Shown piece after piece: positions 58,615 to 64,000 of a DNA stretch of 64,000 nucleotides. The notes beneath the pieces are model-generated. The model was not told where the DNA came from. It saw only the letters and a program-made list of their open reading frames with translations, and did not search any database. Origin of the DNA: an uncultured Poribacteria bacterium (GTDB taxonomy: Bacteria; Poribacteria; WGA-4E; WGA-3G); assembly GCA_951813565.1 (NCBI GenBank), contig OX638351.1, forward strand, positions 3,712,001 through 3,776,000. The letters run 5' to 3'. Both the position numbers and the translations under genes were made by a program. Position 1 is the stretch's first letter. Each line of letters begins with the position of its first letter.

Positions 58615-61488
58615 ATGAAAAAAATAACAACCCTACTCATAATATCCCTTACAATCTTCGCAATCACCACCGCAACCATAGCCCAAGAAAAATGGCAACA
58701 AGAGATGCAAAAAGATTTCGCGAAGGTACTAAAAGCAAACAAAGATGCACCCCAAAAACATCGCGAATTAATTGCAAAATGGCAAAAAGAGGGACACATC
58801 GCGGAACTCATCCAACGCTATGAGACAGAAGAAGTTAATCGCGCAAACGATGCAGCATTCATCTACGGATTAGGTTACGCCTACGCCCTCACCGACACAA
58901 AACAGAATCAAAATGCCGAAGAAAAGGCAATCGGCTACTATAAAACCGCACTCCAGCTTGACCCATCGCTGTTTTGGGCACATTACAGTCTCGGTGCTAT
59001 CTACCAAAAACAACAAAAATACGACCAAGCACTCACCAAATTTCAAACCTGTCTCACCTTAAATCCAGAATACTATCCCGCGCATTACTACATAGGCGAA
59101 ATCCATCTCAAACAAGGCAAACATACCGAAGCGCTCCGATCCTTTGAAGTTGCACAAACTTTAAATCCGAAGTGGGAATACCCAATTTATGGTAAGGGAT
59201 TGGTTTACCTTGACCAAGGCAATCTGAATCAAGCACGAGAAACATTTGAACGTGCCATTCAAAACAACCGCAAATTCGCACCCGCATACATCAAACTGGG
59301 TCAAGTGCTTGCAAAAGAAAAGTTCTTTGATGAAGCACTACAAGAATACCAAAAAGCAGCAGAATATCAACCTTACACCGCAACAGATGTCTTTGATCTC
59401 GCAGTCATTTTTGCTGAGGCAGACAACACAGATGGCGCTGTCCAGTTGTATCAACGTGCGTTGGAAATTGACCCAACGCACGGCCCCGCAAATTTCGCTG
59501 TCGCTGATATTCTCTACACGCGAGGCGATGTCAAAACCGCAGTTATCCATTATCAAAAAGCAATCACCGGTAAACCTGCCCTCAAAAACAGATTTTTTGA
59601 ACCTTTACAACCCTACTTCACAGGAATTATGGACGTAGATGAGGCACGCGGACTGCTTGAAAAGGCAATGGCTGTCCTTCCAGAAGACCCGCGTTCCTAC
59701 TTCTATATGGCGAAACTTGAAAAAGATACCAGTAACCCAGAAAAAGCCATAGAGCATTACAAAAAGACGCTTGAGATTATTGATGCTGACCCAAGTTATC
59801 TTGAGCTGCAAATTCCGCACGGACACTTCCATGATTCGCATGTCCAATTGGGTGATCTGTATCGTCAACAAGGCGATTTGGACACAGCGGCAACACATTA
59901 TCGGCGTGCACTTGAACTTGATCCCGCATTAGCCACCCGTTTCTGGGAACAAGGCAAAACCGCTTTTGATTCGGGCAACTATAAAGATGCAGCTGAGTCG
60001 TTAAACGTCCATATCATCCTATTCCCTAAAGATATTGACGCCACCTATCTTCTGGCACAGACTTATGACGCGAATGAGGATAAAGCAAACGCGCTTGTCT
60101 ATTACGAAAAAACATTGCAGTTGGATGCCAATCGACCAGATGTGCTTTACAAGATGGTTCATATCTATCGCGAAGGCGAATCGCATCAGAATGCGATAGA
60201 TGCATTGAAGAAAATCATCGCTATTGACTCATCGGACGCGCAGGCGCACTATCTATCTGGACTCTCTCATCTTGCACTGGAACAGCACGATGCTGCCCTA
60301 TCAGCGTTTCTGGAAACCGCGCGCCTCACACCCGACAATGTCGCAGCACAATATCATGTTGGCATGTTATATGAAAAGAAAGGTGATATTGACAACGCCA
60401 TTGTGTATTTTGAAAAAACTATTGCGCTTGATCCAGAAAACGCAGAACCGTTCTTCAGACTCGGTGGCATCTATCAACAGCGCAAGGATGAAGACAACAT
60501 GATCCGTGTATATCAACCCGCGTTGGTACTTGAACCTAATCATCCAAATGTTCACCATACACTCGCTGCTATCTTCGAAAAACGGTTCAAGAGCGGTCCA
60601 GAAGATAGACAAGCAGACAACATCCAACAAGCATTTCATCATTATGCATTAGCAAACGAGCATGATCCGGAGCATTTTGACTGGCACTTTAGCTACGCTC
60701 GGTTATTGGACACCCACGCTGAAACACTTGAAGACTTCCATAAGCATGCTGAAATGGCGGTTAAAGAGTATACCGCAACAATTGCGCTCAATCCAGGATA
60801 TGTTGACGCATATTTCCATCGCGGCATGATTACAAACCGATATAAACGGATAGGAAATACGCTTTACCGTAGCAGTCAGATTTTAGAAGACTTCAAGCAG
60901 GTTGTGGATTTAGACCCCAAAAATGTTGATGCACACTACTATATCGGAACACTGCAACTCTGGATTGAGCAGCACAAACTCGCTGAAGAGACGTTCCAAA
61001 AAGTGATACAACTGGATCCGAAATATAAAGGCGTTCATACACAACTTGGAAAACTTGCTGAACGGGAACAAAATTGGAAAAAAGCAATCCAGCTTTATGA
61101 AAAAGAGATAGCAATTGATGATAAAGCCATTGAAGCATATCAACGTCTCGGCGACCTATACTATAATTCTGAGTTGGATTTAAATAAAGCAAAAGATATG
61201 TTAACGAAGGCACTGGCATTAAACGACTCGCATGTTCCCTCCATTATAGTGTATGCTAACGTGCTTTACAGTATGGACCAGCTTGGCGCAGCAGCCGATC
61301 AGTTTGAACTTGTGCTACAATTGGAGCCTCGCAATTTGACCGCGAACTACAATCTCGCCTTGATGTATGAATATACAGAACGAACAGAATTAGCAAAAGA
61401 ACAGTGGAAACAATTTCTTAAATTAAATCCACCTGAACAGTGGAAGGTTGAGGCAGAAAATCATCTCAACAAACTCGGTGTAAAATAG
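58615..61488 (+). CDS. Secreted tetratricopeptide-repeat protein
   Basis: Signal peptide followed by roughly 20 TPR units. Confidence 0.9.
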   Translation: MKKITTLLIISLTIFAITTATIAQEKWQQEMQKDFAKVLKANKDAPQKHRELIAKWQKEGHIAELIQRYETEEVNRANDAAFIYGLGYAYALTDTKQNQNAEEKAIGYYKTALQLDPSLFWAHYSLGAIYQKQQKYDQALTKFQTCLTLNPEYYPAHYYIGEIHLKQGKHTEALRSFEVAQTLNPKWEYPIYGKGLVYLDQGNLNQARETFERAIQNNRKFAPAYIKLGQVLAKEKFFDEALQEYQKAAEYQPYTATDVFDLAVIFAEADNTDGAVQLYQRALEIDPTHGPANFAVADILYTRGDVKTAVIHYQKAITGKPALKNRFFEPLQPYFTGIMDVDEARGLLEKAMAVLPEDPRSYFYMAKLEKDTSNPEKAIEHYKKTLEIIDADPSYLELQIPHGHFHDSHVQLGDLYRQQGDLDTAATHYRRALELDPALATRFWEQGKTAFDSGNYKDAAESLNVHIILFPKDIDATYLLAQTYDANEDKANALVYYEKTLQLDANRPDVLYKMVHIYREGESHQNAIDALKKIIAIDSSDAQAHYLSGLSHLALEQHDAALSAFLETARLTPDNVAAQYHVGMLYEKKGDIDNAIVYFEKTIALDPENAEPFFRLGGIYQQRKDEDNMIRVYQPALVLEPNHPNVHHTLAAIFEKRFKSGPEDRQADNIQQAFHHYALANEHDPEHFDWHFSYARLLDTHAETLEDFHKHAEMAVKEYTATIALNPGYVDAYFHRGMITNRYKRIGNTLYRSSQILEDFKQVVDLDPKNVDAHYYIGTLQLWIEQHKLAEETFQKVIQLDPKYKGVHTQLGKLAEREQNWKKAIQLYEKEIAIDDKAIEAYQRLGDLYYNSELDLNKAKDMLTKALALNDSHVPSIIVYANVLYSMDQLGAAADQFELVLQLEPRNLTANYNLALMYEYTERTELAKEQWKQFLKLNPPEQWKVEAENHLNKLGVK

Positions 61489-61766
61489 TAGGCACGCTCC
61501 GTGTGCCGTCCGCTTCTTGTGGGAGGGCTTTCTAAGCCCGGCTGCAAAGTAGCAGGCATACTCCGTCCGCCGTCCGCTTCTTGTGGGAGGGCTTTGTCCG
61601 CCCGATTGAACGAGATTCAAGCAGAAAATCGGGGTTACAAACCCGCAGCATGCCACACGCGCATGCTGCGTTGATTCACTCCTACAAGAAAATCTATCCC
61701 TAAATTGACGCCAATGGGTAGAGTTTGCGAAACCCAACAAATTATTCCTGCTAAGGTAACCACACC

Positions 61767-62429
61767 GTGATAGCAATTGAAACCTTTCGCGAGACACTCA
61801 AAACGGAAATCATTGGAAAATCACATATAGAATTCCACACCGATGTCTCATCAACCAACGATACTGCGATTGCTCGCGGAAAAGCAGGCGACGTTAAAGA
61901 CGGAACACTTATCATCGCAGATCACCAAACAGCGGGGCGCGGCAGATACGGCAGAACATGGGAAGCACCACCCGGAAAATGTATACTCGCTTCTGTTATT
62001 TTTACGCATCGTTTGAAGCAGGAACAGGTGCATCTGCCAAACCTCATCGGAGCGCTCTCTATCGCGCAGGGAATACATACTATTACTGGACTGACAGCAC
62101 GGATTAAACATCCAAATGACGTGCGAATTGCAAAGAAAAAGGTTGCGGGTGTACTAACAGAACTTGAATATGACCAGCATCGTCACCCTTTTTTCGTGTT
62201 GGGACTCGGTGTCAATGTCAATATCACCGAGGCGGAACTTCCATCAGCACTTCGGAAAACTGCAACATCATTACAGATTGCCGCTTCCGAGATAGGCAAC
62301 ACTGAAATCTGTCGTCCAGAACTACTCAAAGCGATATTGTCTCATCTTGAGGAAAACTATTTGCACCTGAAGTCTGGAAATCTCCCATTAATTGATAGCC
62401 AATTGAAAACATGGGAAGAAGAGGAATGA
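61767..62429 (+). CDS. birA: Biotin-protein ligase (catalytic domain only)
   Basis: SSTND, QTAGRGRYGRTW, KHPND, KKVAGVL, GLGVNVN; no N-terminal HTH. Confidence 0.88.
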   Translation: MIAIETFRETLKTEIIGKSHIEFHTDVSSTNDTAIARGKAGDVKDGTLIIADHQTAGRGRYGRTWEAPPGKCILASVIFTHRLKQEQVHLPNLIGALSIAQGIHTITGLTARIKHPNDVRIAKKKVAGVLTELEYDQHRHPFFVLGLGVNVNITEAELPSALRKTATSLQIAASEIGNTEICRPELLKAILSHLEENYLHLKSGNLPLIDSQLKTWEEEE

Positions 62430-62863
62430 AAATTCTTGTCAGTGCGTGCCTGCTCGGTGTCAATTGTCGATACGATGGAGGCAATAGCCGTAACGAAAAC
62501 GCGATCAAACGTCATCAGACAGATGAACTTGTCCCTGTTTGCCCAGAAGAAGCAGGCGGACTCTCAACACCACGTCCTGCCGTTGAAATCGTGGGCGGCG
62601 ATGGAAATGATGTTTTAGATGGCAAAGCAAAAGTGCTGACTGTAGATGGCGAGGATAAGACCGAAGAATTTCTGAAGGGAGCACGCCATGCGCTCGCTTT
62701 GGCACAATCACAAGGAGCGACGTGCGTTATCCTCAAATCCAAAAGCCCGTCTTGCGGTTGTGGCACAATCTATGACGGTTCGTTTTCGGGGACGCTCATC
62801 TCAGGGGATGGCGTTACAACCGCACTACTGAAACGCCACGGAATAGAGGTTATTTCAATGTAG
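62426..62863 (+). CDS. DUF523 (2-thiouracil desulfurase-like) protein
   Basis: ILVSACLLG, CRYDG, VCPE, LKSKSPSCG; ATGA overlap with birA. Confidence 0.88.
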   Translation: MKILVSACLLGVNCRYDGGNSRNENAIKRHQTDELVPVCPEEAGGLSTPRPAVEIVGGDGNDVLDGKAKVLTVDGEDKTEEFLKGARHALALAQSQGATCVILKSKSPSCGCGTIYDGSFSGTLISGDGVTTALLKRHGIEVISM

Positions 62864-63036
62864 GGTAGATATACAATGCAGGTTATTAAGTTTTCCGCTA
62901 TTCCTTGAAATTCGTTGTGAGTCATTCTTGTAGGAGGGGTTTTCAACCCCGATTTACCCCGACTGTAGCGCGTTAAGACCAATGTTGCAGTCTAACAATC
63001 TGAAACTGAATAGCCATAATATACGATCCCAACGCT

Positions 63037-63810
63037 TTAGCCAATCAATTTCCGTACTTGTTCCCCAATATCAGGACTGCGCATCAGCGATTCACCTACC
63101 AAAATGGCGTTTACACCTGTTTCGCGTAAGGATTCCACATCTGCCCGCGTATAGATACCACTCTCACTCACAACAACTTTTCCTGCAGGAATAGATTCAC
63201 GCAACCTGAATGTCGTTGCTAAATCGGTATGAAACGTCCGCAAATCCCGATTGTTGATACCGATAATCTCCGCGCCAACGTCTAACGCTATCTCCAATTC
63301 CGCTTCTGTATGCACCTCCACCAGAAATGCCAACGAAAGTGATGCAGCAATATCCATAAATTCACGTAGTTGTTCTGGCGTTAACACCGCCACGATAAGC
63401 AGAATCGCATCCGCACCTGCTACACGCGCCTGATAGATATGATAGGGATCAATCATAAAATCTTTTCGCAATAGTGGCACCTCTACACTTTGGCGGATCA
63501 AGGAAAGATATTCAAGATTTCCATCGAAAAAGTGAACATCTGTCAATACAGAAATGGCTGCAGCTCCGTTCTCTGCATACGTCTCAGCTATTTGCATAGG
63601 CTCAAAATCTTCGCGGATAATGCCTTTGCTTGGAGACTTTTTCTTTACCTCAGCAATAAGGTTGATATTGCCAGGCTGTGCAATCGCACTTCGAAAATCC
63701 TTTGCAGGCGGTAGGTTTGCTAACTTCGATTCTAATGTGCCAAGCGGCACCTGCTCCTGTTCAATTTGAAGTTCTTTCTGTTTATGAGCAATAATGGTGT
63801 CTAATATCAA
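63037..63810 (-). CDS. trpC: Indole-3-glycerol phosphate synthase
   Basis: IAEVKKKSPSKG, SVLTD, LRKDF, GINNRDL, SESGI, LVGESLM. Confidence 0.95.
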   Translation of the reverse strand: MILDTIIAHKQKELQIEQEQVPLGTLESKLANLPPAKDFRSAIAQPGNINLIAEVKKKSPSKGIIREDFEPMQIAETYAENGAAAISVLTDVHFFDGNLEYLSLIRQSVEVPLLRKDFMIDPYHIYQARVAGADAILLIVAVLTPEQLREFMDIAASLSLAFLVEVHTEAELEIALDVGAEIIGINNRDLRTFHTDLATTFRLRESIPAGKVVVSESGIYTRADVESLRETGVNAILVGESLMRSPDIGEQVRKLIG

Positions 63811-64000
63811 CAGATTTCCTTAAAAGTAGCAGGCACGCTCCGCGTGCCGTCCGCAATTTGGCGTTGATTTAACGCTTTGTAAGACGCTATCAACGATGTT
63901 TCCAACAATTATAACATCTACAAGGCTATAATTGCAGGACTAAGATCATTTATTTGATACCGATTTCAACCCTTCTAATTTTTCCAACGCGCTTCCCGAA

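Overview
This is a 64 kb AT-leaning bacterial chromosomal segment. Its gene content (tandem WD40 proteins, a dockerin fusion, Uma2, a PhyH fragment, an STT3-like protein, TPR/HEAT proteins and dense REP/MITE mosaics) resembles Candidatus Poribacteria; that assignment is an inference only. Housekeeping and metabolic genes include dppA-like, serA-like, uvrA, an amidohydrolase, a vWA-DUF4159-DUF4175-nagZ cluster, rbsK, birA, DUF523 and trpC. They are interleaved with five IS elements (IS1634, IS630, IS200/IS605 with TnpB, IS4, and a DDE_Tnp_1 element), several pseudogenes and many nested MITE/REP elements. The most striking unexplained signal is a candidate ~870-nt non-coding RNA at 51464-52330. 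It has its own sigma70-type promoter, a long 5'/3' closing stem followed by a U-tract, and five tandem modules that share one pseudoknot-like topology while differing in sequence. It lies directly upstream of a defence-like island (orphan BrnA-like antitoxin, SspD/DndC-like PAPS reductase, SBD-HNH nuclease, membrane protein plus MBL hydrolase). A second candidate system is a three-copy gene pair (conserved membrane-anchored protein followed by a hypervariable secreted protein) with tandem perfect promoters, a conserved structured leader and an adjacent XRE regulator. All structure and family calls were made by eye, without database searches or folding software.
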